From the IMG/VR virus record IMGVR_UViG_3300034759_000219: 64,000 nucleotides of DNA; one strand, given 5' to 3'. The position numbers and the translations under genes were made by a program. Numbering within the stretch: the first letter of the stretch is position 1; every line of letters starts with the position of its first letter. Of the stretch, positions 32,612 to 44,471 are shown piece after piece. The notes beneath the pieces were generated by a model, which was given only the letters and a program-made list of their open reading frames with translations, searched no databases and was not told the DNA's origin. The stretch is from an uncultured virus (IMG/VR IMGVR_UViG_3300034759_000219). Lineage: Duplodnaviria; Heunggongvirae; Uroviricota; Caudoviricetes.

Positions 32612-32926
32612 GTGGTACGTTTAAATGCAGCTAATTTGGCGAAGACTACACTTGAGAGTAGTATAACAAATTCGGCTACAAGTATTACTGTAAGTTCATC
32701 CACAGGTTTTCCACTACCACCATTTCGTGTGACATTGTTTGATGCTTCAAACAGTGAAATCATTGAAGTCACCGCTGTGAATGGCACGACATGGACTGTT
32801 ACAAGAGCACAAGAAGGCACAACTGCAAGGGCTTGGGACGCAGGCACAATTGTGGAATTGAGATGGACCGCAGGTTTGAAAATGATGTCCGTTAAATGTC
32901 CGATAAATGTCCAAAATGTCCGATAA
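32612..32926 (+). pseudogene. Truncated tail-fibre N-terminal module, no TAG
   Basis: ANLAKTTLESSIT...TVTRAQEGTTARAW...VELRWTAG, then runs into AAATGTCC repeats. Confidence 0.6.
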
Positions 32927-32932
32927 ATGTCC
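32893..32932. repeat. Short tandem repeats AAATGTCC(GAT)
   Basis: AAATGTCCGAT AAATGTCCA AAATGTCCGAT AAATGTCC, plus an upstream ATGTCCGTT. Confidence 0.75.
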
Positions 32933-33005
32933 TTCATTTTTTTGTGCAATATAATTTAACTTATATTGCGTTAGTGTTGCAAGCCAGCTTTAATGCTGGC
33001 TTTTG

Positions 33006-33368
33006 TTAATCTGTATCTTTTTCATCTAACAGCGAGTATAGGTATTTCACAAAGTCCTTCTGAGACAATAGGTCTATCACAGCAAGCTAGACCTAGTCTA
33101 CAAACTGGTCGTACTTACTTGGCTTTGAGGACAAATAAGGTTGGCCTGTTACAGAACCCACACCGTGTAGCCATTCGTGCAGTAGGGTGTGCAAAGTTGT
33201 CTGCTAGCTCATGTCGTCTCTGATATAAATTGCGCGTTCATCGTCGTCATACAAGCCGCGAATTTCGTCAATACTGTATGAATCTATTTGCTCAAGGTAC
33301 TTTTCCAGTAACTTGTTGTCTATTATTACCTTGTGTTTAACACCAAATATGTTAACTGTCTTTACCAC
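33006..33368 (-). CDS. HExxH zinc-metallopeptidase-like protein, TAG-recoded
   Basis: GLYDDDERAIYIRDDMS*QTTLHTLLHEWLHG. The HExxH motif lies beyond the TAG. Confidence 0.75.
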
Positions 33369-33382
33369 GGCTGTGCCTCCCA

Positions 33383-33895
33383 TTAGCGCATGCTTTGCTA
33401 TCTCAACCATGCGTCTCTTACGTCTACAAAGACATATTTACTTTTGAACAAAACGGCGTAGTTTTCAACTATCTCACAGACATCGCCAAACGGGCCGAGT
33501 GGTATCTTTGCTGTAGCGTCTAGCACATATAGGCCTTTCTTTGTCTTAACTATGCACACACAACAGTTAGCTTTACTGTTCTTACTTACTAGCGTTACAC
33601 AGTACGGCTCCAGCCCTGCACCAAACTACATGTACATGTACTAAAGCTAAAAATCGTATTGGCTGCCTTTGCGCTTAGCTAAGAAGTCTATGAAACCTGC
33701 ATTAATACCAAATAGTGTGCCTTTCTTTAAGCTTGCTTTCATTTGCTTATGTACAAAATCTAGAACGTCATATACCGTGTTGATGTTATTTATCGCGGCA
33801 AGTTTAATGGCAAGCTATCTGTCTTGTGCGGCTGTCTTTTTTATACGTAACAGCTTAATACTTAGCAACAACTTGGTTAGAAACTTAAACAGCAC
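33383..33895 (-). CDS. Transglutaminase-like fold protein (degenerate), TAG-recoded
   Basis: KRKGSQYDF*L*YMYM*...VCIV...YVLD resembles GDCEDFALA. GTTAGTC motif at 33919-33925. Confidence 0.55.
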
Positions 33896-33926
33896 ATACA
33901 CCACTCCAGCACAACCTTGACTAACA

Positions 33927-33950
33927 ACAAAAAGGGTCCAAAAGGACCCT
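33927..33950 (-). terminator. Intrinsic terminator after the suppressor tRNA
   Basis: AGGGTCC-TTTT-GGACCCT followed by a T-run on the minus strand. Confidence 0.75.
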
Positions 33951-33954
33951 CGGC

Positions 33955-34030
33955 TGGTGGAGCGGATGGGATTTGAACCCACAACCCACGATTTTAGAGA
34001 CCGTCGCTCTCCCGCTTGAGCTACCGCCCC
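33955..34030 (-). tRNA. Amber-decoding tRNA-Ala(CUA)
   Basis: GGGGCGG TA GCTC AAGCGGGA GAGC G ACGGT CTCTAAA ATCGT GGGTT GTGGG TTCAAAT CCCAT CCGCTCC ACCA. 76 nt, anticodon CTA (33995-33997), G3:U70 (34028/33961), A73, encoded CCA. Confidence 0.96.
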
Positions 34031-34129
34031 ACGCTTGTTTTCACCATGCTTTCACCTCCTGTCGCTTCAAAGACTAACACCGCTATAAACACTTAAATTG
34101 GCTTGGTTAGTCGCATCTGAGGTGGTTTG

Positions 34130-35290
34130 GTGAAGCTACTAGACACTTCTGCGTTCATTGCTAATGAGTTTGAAGATCTTTCCAATTGTGTTACTACTTA
34201 CCATGTAATTGAAGAATTAGACAGGCTGAAAGAAGTGAAAAGGGTAGCACGCAGGTAGAGACATGCTATTAACAAGATAATTGAATCTGGTATGTACATA
34301 ATACAAAACAATTAGGCATGCGCAGACGATTCGCTGATTACTTAGTAGAGCACAAACACCGAGTTTGAAATAGTCACGTAGGATTCAGCTCTATACCTTA
34401 GGTAGAAAGCGCTCGGTTTGAACTAGACATTAGTACACGAAACATTACCAAATTGGCTATTTGACCCAATTCCAACGATAGAAGTCCAAGAGAATTTATC
34501 TGGCAAGTCGATGCCTATGCAATATGAAAGTGAACTTGAAGGCAAATATGTGTTACTTACAAACTGCGGCTAGTCGCGTATTGCAGTTTTAAGGGAGCAA
34601 AAAGCACACTTTGTGAACCCAAAGTCATTTTCAATTGGCGATACTAAGATTCAATAGCTAGACCTACAGCAGAAGATACTTCAGGCGTAGATTGAAGATG
34701 CTAGCATAGAGCTCGTAACATAGATTGGCACTGCAGGCTGTGGCAAAACATTTCTGTAGCTTTAGGTCTAGGCAAAGCTTGTTATGGAAGGCAAGTACAG
34801 TAATATACTGGTTTAGGTCCCACCAGTTCAACTTGGTGGTACTGACAGGTATGGATTTCTGCCAGGTACAATTGAAGAAAAGACAATCCAGCAGATGTCT
34901 GGTATCGTTGACAACATACATGTTATATTTGGACCTGCAGAAGGCGCAAGAATGGTACGCGAATAGATGGGCTCACAGACGTCGATTATACAATTGCAGT
35001 AGTTTTCCAATATACGCGGCAGATCGCTCAATAACACAATTGTAATCGTAGATGAATAGCAAAATATGTCTGTCCTAGAAGCAAAGGCATTTCTAACTAG
35101 GATAGGCGAAAACTCGAAGATAATACTCTTAGGTGACATAGAGCAGATAGACACAGGCATGAATGGCATAGAAACAAACGGCTTAATTTAGACGTAGATT
35201 TAGTTTAAGACAGAAAAGATGTAGCAACACGTATGTCTCAAAAAGTGTTACAGGAGCGATATCTAGCGCGTATAGGCTGAGAAGCTTTGA
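34130..35290 (+). CDS. phoH: PhoH-family PIN + ATPase protein, TAG-recoded
   Basis: LLDTS...VIEELD...*RHA...ADD...LR*KALG...GTAGCGKTFL*L*V*...GFLPG..EEK...IRGRS...DE*QN...LTRIGENSKIILLGD..QID. Confidence 0.92.
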
Positions 35291-35331
35291 AATACGTATT
35301 TTTTCTGTTAGTCCTGTCAGAGGTGCATTGT

Positions 35332-36462
35332 ATGATTATTCAAACAGTACAGCCGTCGGATGGTAGCAATAACGTTGCGGTTAATACTGTTATAACAATA
35401 CAGTTTTCTATACAGATACCGGAAGACCAGATTCTCACAAGGTTCATAACACTCTTAAAAGGCTAGACACCTGTGCAAACAACTATACAGAAAAACGGCT
35501 AGACTGTGTTTGTCACTCCTGCACAACTTGAACCGAGTACAGAGTATACACTGTACGTCTATAACCGCAATGTAATAACCAAAGAATACCTCAGAGGTTA
35601 GGACGGTACGACACTTGACAAGACGTACGTTGTGAAATTCACTACAGGTACGGAATAGTCTGACACACCATAGTACGAAACGCCAATATTTTCCACTCCA
35701 ATAACTATTACCACCAATGCAGTGTTAACAGATGCTGGTGAGTTTGTCTTATACACTGAGAATCCAAGCATAATACTCACATTTTCAGATGAGCCAATAA
35801 ATTGTTCTGCTACATAGACCATGGAAACATTAGATGGCAACATAACACAGCTTCAACCTGCAGTACAGTTTATGAACAACACGTTAGCAGTGAATATCAC
35901 CGGTGTAGTGCCTAATTAGCTTATAACGATAGTACTAAGAAACATACAGTTTAAACATTCTGCTACTACACCAGAACTTGTAGTCTACAAATACACATGG
36001 CTCAAGCCGTCATTTGGTACTCTGCACAGTATACGCATAAACTTTGGCAGATTCGCAAATTATTTGAAAGACTACGAGCTTGTTGGAAATATACTCAAGT
36101 AGTAGCAAATGTATGAAAAAATGACTGGCGCAGTTATACTCAATAGCGATTAGATATCCTCAGATTAGAAACATGCAATTTTGTTACTTGCCAAGTATGC
36201 TGTGCTTGAGGATATGCTATTAGAAAAAGGCTACAAAGAGCGCGACTCTGTTACTTATACTGACATGACCGTCACGTTTGGTACACTGAACTCAGACTTA
36301 CTCGATTACCTGAAAGGCCAGAAGGAAGAGTTAGAACGAGAGTTGGCTCAAAACAAACTCAGCCCAGACTTTGCAACTTAGGGCTTATTATCCGAAAACT
36401 GGGTTAAGTCTGTACGAAGTGCAGATTATAAAAAAGGCGGGTCTGCAAGATGGAGACTATAA
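35332..36462 (+). CDS. Ig-like domain / head-tail adaptor-like protein, TAG-recoded
   Basis: N-terminal P.DG..NV.VNT.I.IQFS Ig-like pattern; continuous frame to TAA. Confidence 0.6.
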
Positions 36463-36869
36463 ACCTGCTTGAAGGCATAGATACACTGCTGAAAAAATTC
36501 GGCAGGCTTATAATATACAGGAAGGTAATTGACGGAAATGTATTTGACAGAGTAATCGAGGTATGTCTTACTGTACGTACCAGGCTTCAAGGTAGGATAG
36601 AGCCATATGAAGTTATGATACCTGGTATATCAGACAAAACAGGATACCAGATCTTAATAGAAGCTAAACACGGTTTTGTACCTTCAATAGATGACTTGGT
36701 ATTTATTCCTAAATGCGATGGCAAGGTTATAACGAACCCGCCTGTAATCTTAGATTATTTACGTGTTACGAACGTCAGTGATATATTCTACCAAAGCGCA
36801 ACTATTGCGTACAATGTATATTGTGTAAGAGAAGAGCGGCTTAGGGGTGTATTCAGTGGAAAAAGTTGA
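36450..36869 (+). CDS. Putative head-closure protein
   Basis: 139 aa, located in the neck module, no TAG. Confidence 0.5.
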   Translation: METINLLEGIDTLLKKFGRLIIYRKVIDGNVFDRVIEVCLTVRTRLQGRIEPYEVMIPGISDKTGYQILIEAKHGFVPSIDDLVFIPKCDGKVITNPPVILDYLRVTNVSDIFYQSATIAYNVYCVREERLRGVFSGKS

Positions 36870-37446
36870 AAACATATCAGTACGGAAATTACTTCAAACT
36901 ATCTAGGCGCAATTCACTGAGTATATGTAGTAGCAATAGGATAAGATACCTATAATATTCAAGCCGGTTACGCCAAGTGAATCTATCCAGGACATAGGCA
37001 AACTGGTTGTTATCACCTACAGGTTATTAAGAAGAGAACCTGCTTCAATGCAAGGTAAGCCATTCACAGGCGATAAATTTTACACACCCCGTCCTACCGC
37101 AACTGTCGCAACAGACCCTGCTGTTATTGCAAATGACGTACTAATGCACATACATGAGAACATAGTTGAATTCACGTTCGTATCCGACTCATACAGCAAA
37201 GCGTCCGAATAGAGCGATTACTTTGAAGATTTCATGTAGCTTAACAGGAATGTACTTAGAAAAAACGGCTATCCTGAGATAATATTCTGGGAACGGCCGC
37301 AAGATTCAAGTGAAGAAATAAACGGTAAGGTTGTGTACTACATCTTCCAACGGTACTATGTGCGCACCAAGCGGTTAGTTGTAAGTACAGAGGATGTTAT
37401 AAGAAGAATCGAGCTCAAATTGAATGAGCTTAAGACTGGAGGTTGA
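36856..37446 (+). CDS. Putative tail-completion protein, TAG-recoded
   Basis: Directly upstream of the sheath gene; open to TGA. Confidence 0.55.
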
Positions 37447-37450
37447 TTAG

Positions 37451-39103
37451 ATGGTAAAGTATCCAAACTTGCCTGGCATTACTACTTATATAATTGATGG
37501 TGGAGCTAACGTAGAAGTAGACGAAACAATACCTAAATAGGTTGTACTTGGCACAGTTTAGGCTGACAGCTTTTAGGATGGTACACCAATTTTGTTCAAT
37601 GAGCCATATCTTGTACCAACCACACAAGCTTTGACATCGTTATTTGCAAGTTCGCCATTGGCTAACACACTTACCGTACTCGCATCTGGCTCTGGTAGCT
37701 AGTTGTTACCTGTTGGAGTGAGAATAGGATATCCAGAGATTAAATTTGGTGTGCACAATGCAACTGACATAGTATGGTAGACTGGCGATAATGTAGTTAC
37801 AAACGTGGCGTTCAATAACACAACTTAGGTACAAAACGTCGCTGGTTTAAATGTCGAAGGACCATACACTGGCAGGTTCAATGGCACATTGTTTGTCAAA
37901 ATTGAGACGAACCAAAACGATGTAGAAAGCATGGATGGAGTCAAGTACAGTGTCTCATTTGATGGTGGGCAGACATACGATACACAGTATACTAATCTAG
38001 ACGCAACAGTTCAAACTACTATAAAAGAGACAGGCTTGACCATTTCATTTGCGCCAAATTAGACTGGTACAGAGCTCACAGCTGGAATGGTATACAAGAT
38101 AGCTGTACAGTATGCAAGACTGCCACAGAATAAGGAAGAAATGTACAAGGCATTAACTGAAGCTTATAAATAGCTTGAAGGCTTAGATTAGGCGGTTGTT
38201 GTGCCATAGGATGTACATATAGACGATGTTGTGAATAAGACATCTGTTTCCGTCTCAAGTGATGATCCAGATTAGCAATAGGAAAAGATAAACTTCGGAT
38301 ACCAACTTGCAAGGTTCTGCTACAATACAAGTACAAACTTCAGGAGCTGTGTAGGCTTTATAGGTGTAAACGAGCCAGATTCGTTTGGGTTTGTAGACCT
38401 AAAAGCATGGGCAAACAAATTACTTACACTTGACGGATACAAAGATGGATTCTTCGCAACACAAGATGGTACCATGACAGGCTAGCCAATTGTAGATTAG
38501 CAAGGTTCACCTGTAGATATAGGTAAGCACCTTGTGGTAGTTGCAGGACATGGTACAATACCCGCATTCACAAAGCGCATAAACCTTGCACCTTATGTAG
38601 CTGGATATGTGTTCACACTGTCTGAAGAAGTCGGGCCAACTTACCTTGAGTTACCAAAAGCTACACTGTCCTATAAAGTACCATTTGAAATTGCAGATAA
38701 ACTTGCCGCATAGAGAATTACACCGCTTGCTACAGAGTTCACATCTGCAGGCCAAAAGACAATAATCGTGGTTGGTAGGACCTAGGCAATGCCTTCATCC
38801 AGTTTTACAAAGATCAGTACAGTACGCGTCTAGAACGAAGTTATGCAAGGCTTAAGAGAAATTGCAAAGAACTACTTAGGCAAGCCAAATAGCTTTGTAA
38901 ACAGAGAGGTCATGAGAACTGAAATGCAAAATTATCTCAACTAGCTTGCATCCCAAGGAAAATTTGCATCTTAGACTGTATAGGTCTCAACAGGTGGCAT
39001 TGGAGGCTCGTTAGGTACAGTCAATGTTGATGTGTACATAAGAGCATATGTTGAGATCCATGACGTTGTAATCAATGCAGTTTTTGAATTTGTTGCAGCA
39101 TGA
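37451..39103 (+). CDS. Tail sheath protein, TAG-recoded
   Basis: YPNLPGI N-terminus; ISTVRV*NEV...YLGKPN C-terminal sheath pattern; 550 aa. Confidence 0.85.
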
Positions 39104-39120
39104 CGAAGGGGGTTTTCTGA

Positions 39121-39723
39121 ATGGCAGAAATTGACTACACAAGATATTCATAGATAAGTGGTACAGATGTACAGATCATAATAGACGGGATTGTAATAGG
39201 CGAAGCAGCTGGAATAACTGTGTCTTAGACAAGACGAAAACTGCCAGTTTACACCTTTGGTACAGTAGATCCTAGAGGATACGGCAGAGGCGTTAGAAGT
39301 GTGTCTGGTGTACTGGACTTTGTCTCGCTTAACGGTTAGCTTATAGACAAAGTGCTCAAAGAAAAAGGATTTGAGATGTACGTTCCTGAGACAAGAGCAG
39401 ATTATGCAACTATAGTTGGGCTCAGACAACCTGGTACCCGAGTTGAAATTTAGGGTGCAGAAGAAGCTAGATTTGAAAAGGTTTCTGTATGGTATGCAGA
39501 TGAATTACCTCCATTAGACTGGATAGTTGTTGGTATGAACGAATATGGCAAGAAAGCAATGATGAAACTCTATGGTGTGGAATTTCTCAATAGCGATTGG
39601 GCAATAAGCTTAGATGACGTATCCAGTGCAGAACGCTTGGTATTTGTTGCAAGAACATACCAGCCTTGGATGATAATTGAAGACAACACTGGTACTTCAA
39701 CTGGTGGCGGAACTATCGTATAA
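39121..39723 (+). CDS. Tail tube-like protein 1, TAG-recoded
   Basis: MAEIDYTRYS*ISGTDV...KLPVYTFGTVDPRGYGRG...YADELPP...GMNEYGKKA. Confidence 0.75.
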
Positions 39724-39764
39724 TGCGTGGTGGCGCAAGCCACCCGCTTTAAGGAGTGAATGAT

Positions 39765-40415
39765 ATGTAGAACATAGACTATACAAAGTATTCATCTATC
39801 TCCGCGACAGATATACAGCTTGTCATGAACGGCGTCATAATAGGTAGCGTACAGAATCTAACATACTCAGAGCAAAGGCAAAAGGTACCAATATATACAT
39901 TTGGATCTACAGATCCACGCTAGTTTTTGCGTGGCAACAGGATAGTTAACGGCCGAATTGGCGGTGTATAGCTCGTACCAGATTCGTTCATAGAAGCTAT
40001 TGCAAAGACTATATCCGACTTCATGTCTGGCAAAGAGAGCGCAGGTATTGTACTATTTCCACGAGATAAGTACCTATACTAGGACAGGGATGCTATAGTC
40101 GCAAAGTACATAAACATAGCCAGAAAGCTTGGTCTTCCAACAAGTGGCGAATACTGGCGCACATATAACTTAGACACAGGTATGATAACCGTACAGTACG
40201 ACAAAACTGTACCGATCTTTCTAAATGAACTCCCACCATTTGACATGTTAATTTAGGGTATGAACGAATACGGTAAGAAGGCAACAAAGTGGATTTATGG
40301 CTGTGAAATAACAGATGAAGGTATCTCAATAGACATGTCAGGTACTACTTAGGTCTTAGAAAGCTTGTAGTTTATCGCCAGAACATCCAGTCCATGGTAG
40401 GAGGTAACTGATTGA
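39765..40415 (+). CDS. Tail tube-like protein 2 (paralog of protein 1), TAG-recoded
   Basis: M*NIDYTKYSSISATDI...KVPIYTFGSTDPR*FLRG...NELPPFD...GMNEYGKKA. Confidence 0.75.
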
Positions 40416-41074
40416 GCACAACAGGCTCAATATTTGTTACATAGTCAGATGCGGCGGTGTATATCGTATATGACCTACCTGCAGGCTAGCAGCGTCTTAA
40501 AGGTATAATCCCACTTGATACGCTGCTTACGTTATCTGCACAGACAGACATGGAGACCAGACCTGTATTATAGCTTGGTGTACCGTATTAGACTGGATAT
40601 ACAACAGGTAGCATGGTCTAGGCTGGATAGATGGCATTTCCAGCATCTATAGACTCGCCATTTCAAAAATACATTGAGCTTGTAAAACAGTAGGAACAGC
40701 TTGAAGGTGAACCGCTAAGGAACAGGTATATGAGTGGTCCTTCAGAGTGGTATGGCGAAGAATTCCTGCCTTAGTTTTCACTTCTTGTAGCCTACATACC
40801 AGAAATTACCAAAACAACCAATAACACCGTGGATATATCGTACATATTCATACCTGGTGTCAAGATAACACAGCGTTCTGAAGAATAGACACCTGAAAAT
40901 GTGACTATTATCCTGTACAGGTTCTAGTAGCTTGGCATGTTTAGGTATAAACAAACCGTGAGTGTTGCAAATAAGCAGATAGACTTGGACGTATCTAAAC
41001 TTGTACAATTTAAGCCATATGGCGAATACTTTGATATGTACAACACGCTTATCAAGGTGGTAAAAGGTGAGTGA
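40412..41074 (+). CDS. Tail structural protein, TAG-recoded
   Basis: Continuous frame to TGA. Confidence 0.55.
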
Positions 41075-41525
41075 ATAGCTGTACTATTCTGGCGCTGACG
41101 TGCTTGTCATAATAGGTGACATGGTTCTGTCTGGCTTGTCCTACATACAGATAGTTCCATAGCAACCGGTTATACCTGTGTACTCGGTATTTTCTCAAAG
41201 ACCGAGCGTCATGCTAACTGGCAAGAGCTCAGTACGAGGCACAATCGCATTCAATATGCAATTTTCATAGCCGTTTGAACATATGACTGTATCGCACCCT
41301 AAACTTGTGTATAAACATGGCGACGACATCTATTTTGTGTCTAAAATTGATGTTATAGTCAAAAATGAGAGCCAACAGCCTTTTATACCGCAAATCTATC
41401 TAAATGGAGTGTACATAACTGGTGGTACAGTCAATGCTATACAAGACGGTAATCCATTGCAGGACGTATATACATTTACAGCTTTAAGCATGGACCGGTA
41501 TGATAAGATTGTCACTCGGAGGTGA
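41067..41525 (+). CDS. Tube-fold-like structural protein, TAG-recoded
   Basis: YYSGADVLVII...IPVYS...VRGTIAFN...YTFTA. Start is approximate. Confidence 0.55.
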
Positions 41526-41989
41526 CGGTTGTGGAAGAGCAGAAACAGCCAGACAGAGAACTAGTTGAAAACATAAAGACAGCACTCAAATCTGGTATAG
41601 CAGATGTAAATGTTAATGCTGTAAATTTGGAAGATTTTACAAGTGCACTTAAGACAGCTACACTTGAAGTATTGAAAGAAACTGTACCTGACTTCGAGAT
41701 GACCGTACGCAAGTACATAGAACAATATCCTGACGCGTGGCTTGTAGCTGAAGACCAGAAGCAGTTTTATATTGTAAGACCGCTATCTAGGCTAGAATTG
41801 AAAAAACTGTCTAAAAGTGCCGCGACAGATGAAGACTTGGCAGATTTGGTGATTTCCACATGTGTAGTTTATCCTAAGATGGACGTTGAGAAGATCTTGA
41901 ATCTCAAAGCTGGTACAGCTAAGAATCTGCTTGATACTATAATGACAATTTCAAACTTCAACGGTGCTATGCCGGTGGTTAAGCTGTGA
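41522..41989 (+). CDS. Putative tail assembly chaperone
   Basis: YIVRPLSRLE...CVVYP...LKAGT...IMTISNF. Confidence 0.6.
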   Translation: MTVVEEQKQPDRELVENIKTALKSGIADVNVNAVNLEDFTSALKTATLEVLKETVPDFEMTVRKYIEQYPDAWLVAEDQKQFYIVRPLSRLELKKLSKSAATDEDLADLVISTCVVYPKMDVEKILNLKAGTAKNLLDTIMTISNFNGAMPVVKL

Positions 41990-42480
41990 TGGACTTAGTT
42001 AAGTTACTTAAGCTCAAGGCACAATATGGCGATGTCTATGTAGTAGATACTCCGTCTGGCATGGTAGCTTGCAGATAGCCTACAATAGGCGAGTTGTGTT
42101 AGCTTGAAGAAATATAGGAATCCAAGAAGCTATCTGAGACGGACCAATGCAAGTTGATATAGAAATAGACGCTCATAGAAGGTGAGCCGACAGATCAATA
42201 CCTACTCGCGCTCGGAGAGCAGATACTTATGGACCAGCCGACAGATGAAAACGAATACAATGCGCTATGTGCAGAACGGCTTGACAACTAGAATGTCCAC
42301 GAACAGGTCATGATCTACTTAGCTGCAAATCTCAATTTAGACGTAGCAAAGATTAAGCAATTGGATATGAAAACTGTATGTCTGCTGTTTGGACTTACAA
42401 AAAAGATAGAATATGCCATACAAGAAACACAGGATCACAATCCTACACAGCGATATACTGTGAGACCAAGAGTTGAGTAA
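41989..42480 (+). CDS. Putative tail chaperone 2, TAG-recoded
   Basis: LKAQYGDVYVV...CR*PTIGE; ends in TAA. Confidence 0.55.
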
Positions 42481-42481
42481 C

Positions 42482-42823
42482 ATGGAAGAGTATAAGGATC
42501 TAATAGCCATTGCACAAAAGTTCGGTCCTTACCAATTTGTAATTATATAGTTATAGCTTGTGAATGTAATAACCGCATTGAGCTGTTTCAAGCACATAAA
42601 CAAGTTATCTGAATAGTTTACACAAATTATACAGAATATCTTAAAGTAGATGCAAGACATATAGTACAAGTACGACTGTATGTTGAAAATACTACAAGAA
42701 ACCAAAAAGAGTGGTGGTGTGGATGATTCTACTTGTGATAATACTTTAGGTAATGACAACCGTAATGTTAGTCTAGCTCATGAGGATAAGAAACGCAGTA
42801 AACATGATAGACAGGGTAAATAA
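42482..42823 (+). CDS. Holin-like membrane protein, TAG-recoded
   Basis: FGPYQFVII*L*LVNVITALS transmembrane segment followed by a coiled coil. Confidence 0.45.
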
Positions 42824-42879
42824 GCAGTTTACAAGCTATATCAAGGGGTATGTTGTAAAGTACAAGGAGGTAAATCGAC

Positions 42880-43116
42880 ATGTCTGACGCTTGGAATCCT
42901 CCAGCTTAGGGGTCAAAAGAACGTGAAGAGATGCCATCTCATGCATTTTTACTGCCTAGTGAAAGAAAATTTCCATATAAAAAGAAAGTGAACGGACAAT
43001 GGCAGATATCCTGTGAAGGGCTTAAGTAGGCGATAACTCGCGCATAGCAACATGGGTATAAGTCAGTTGAGGCAAGAGCAAGGTAGTTATACAACAGACA
43101 CTGCAAAAAGGACTGA
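42880..43116 (+). CDS. Small phage protein, TAG-recoded
   Basis: REEMPSHAFLLPSERKFPY...LK*AITRA*QHG...ARAR*LY; AGGAGG RBS. Confidence 0.7.
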
Positions 43117-43123
43117 GCTTTAA

Positions 43124-44455
43124 GTGCCAGACTCGTTCTCAATAGTAACAGCATCTACAGCGTACTAGGTCTTAGGATATATAAGAGACTCAGGCTCGTC
43201 TTTCAATGTAAGCAAAGAGCCTTTGTATGTTGTGAAGTACTCAGCACAGTTCCCAAATGGGGCTGTGCTGGTTAAAAATACAGATTGGAGCTATTAGAAC
43301 AATACGGTAACATTAACACAATAGCTTCAAACTGGCGAAACTGTAATAGCTACAGACAATTTAAACACAGTACTCCAGTTTGATACGACACAAGCTGGTA
43401 GCATCTACATAGACACGTCTAAGATTGCTGAAGAAAGCAGGACAAAACTTGTACGAGCTGAGCTAGTATAGAGCGATACAGCTAATTTCTTTGAAGATGC
43501 GAAAGTGACTGTAAACAGTTCATACACAGGCTAGCCTTCAAGTCAATCTGTATTGGTTGCACCGGATGTTGGCGGTCAACCTGGACAGTTTTCAAATGTT
43601 GCCAGCATCGGCAGGGTCCTTCCAGGCGAAAGAACATTTTTCTGGATAAAACAAAGTGTGCAGTATGAATAGCAGGTGCAGACTGGTGTATACAACATGC
43701 TCAACGTAGAATATGTACCAATTCAACCAATTGTACAGAGTATGTACATGTAGAACCCCGGAATATACTAGCTCGAAGCACCATTTTACGCTCCAAATTG
43801 CTTGATATTCTCGTGCGCGAAGTTCGGGTCTGGCATTTCAAAGACCAACCAAATGTGGTTCACTGGCTTCTCGTACGTAGTTGACTATGGAAATGCACAC
43901 AGCTATGTCTTTGTAAAAAAGAATGTGACTTACCCATGCATATTCAACTTTATGTTTGTACCAACAAGGCCAGCACAATTTTTGAATAGATAGGACAGGA
44001 TACAGACAACACCAGTGTCGTCTGTTGTAAATGCATTTTCCACATCTGACGGGTTTTAGCTGAAATTCGCAGTGGCCTCATACGCAATTCCGTACAACGT
44101 GCTTACAAGTGTTTTCCCTGGAAACTATATAGACACGTTCTCACAGTACGTGCTCAATAATAGTTTTACTAACGTGTCTCTATACACATATGGTGGGATC
44201 TTTCAACCACCGTTGTATACTAAATTCAACACGTACTAGGTAACGATAACAAATTCATATACGGCAATTAACATTTCAGATGCCGTGCTTGGTATATGTT
44301 CTACTTCAACAGACGGCAGCTATACTGTCCGTTCGTCTCCAGTCTTGATACAGATAGGCACACAGTACATGCCTGATGTGTATTCTCAAAATACATCGTA
44401 CACTTTCAATGTGCATTTTATGTACGTTAACGTTCAAAATGGAACCATTGTATAA
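43124..44455 (+). CDS. Tail-associated structural protein, TAG-recoded
   Basis: Continuous frame including fragment 43802; ends in TAA. Confidence 0.6.
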
Positions 44456-44471
44456 AGACGTTGGTGATAAG

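Noticed and set aside
42767..42773. GTTAGTC copy as a promoter
   Set aside because: Intragenic and over 100 nt from the next clear start; compatible with chance.
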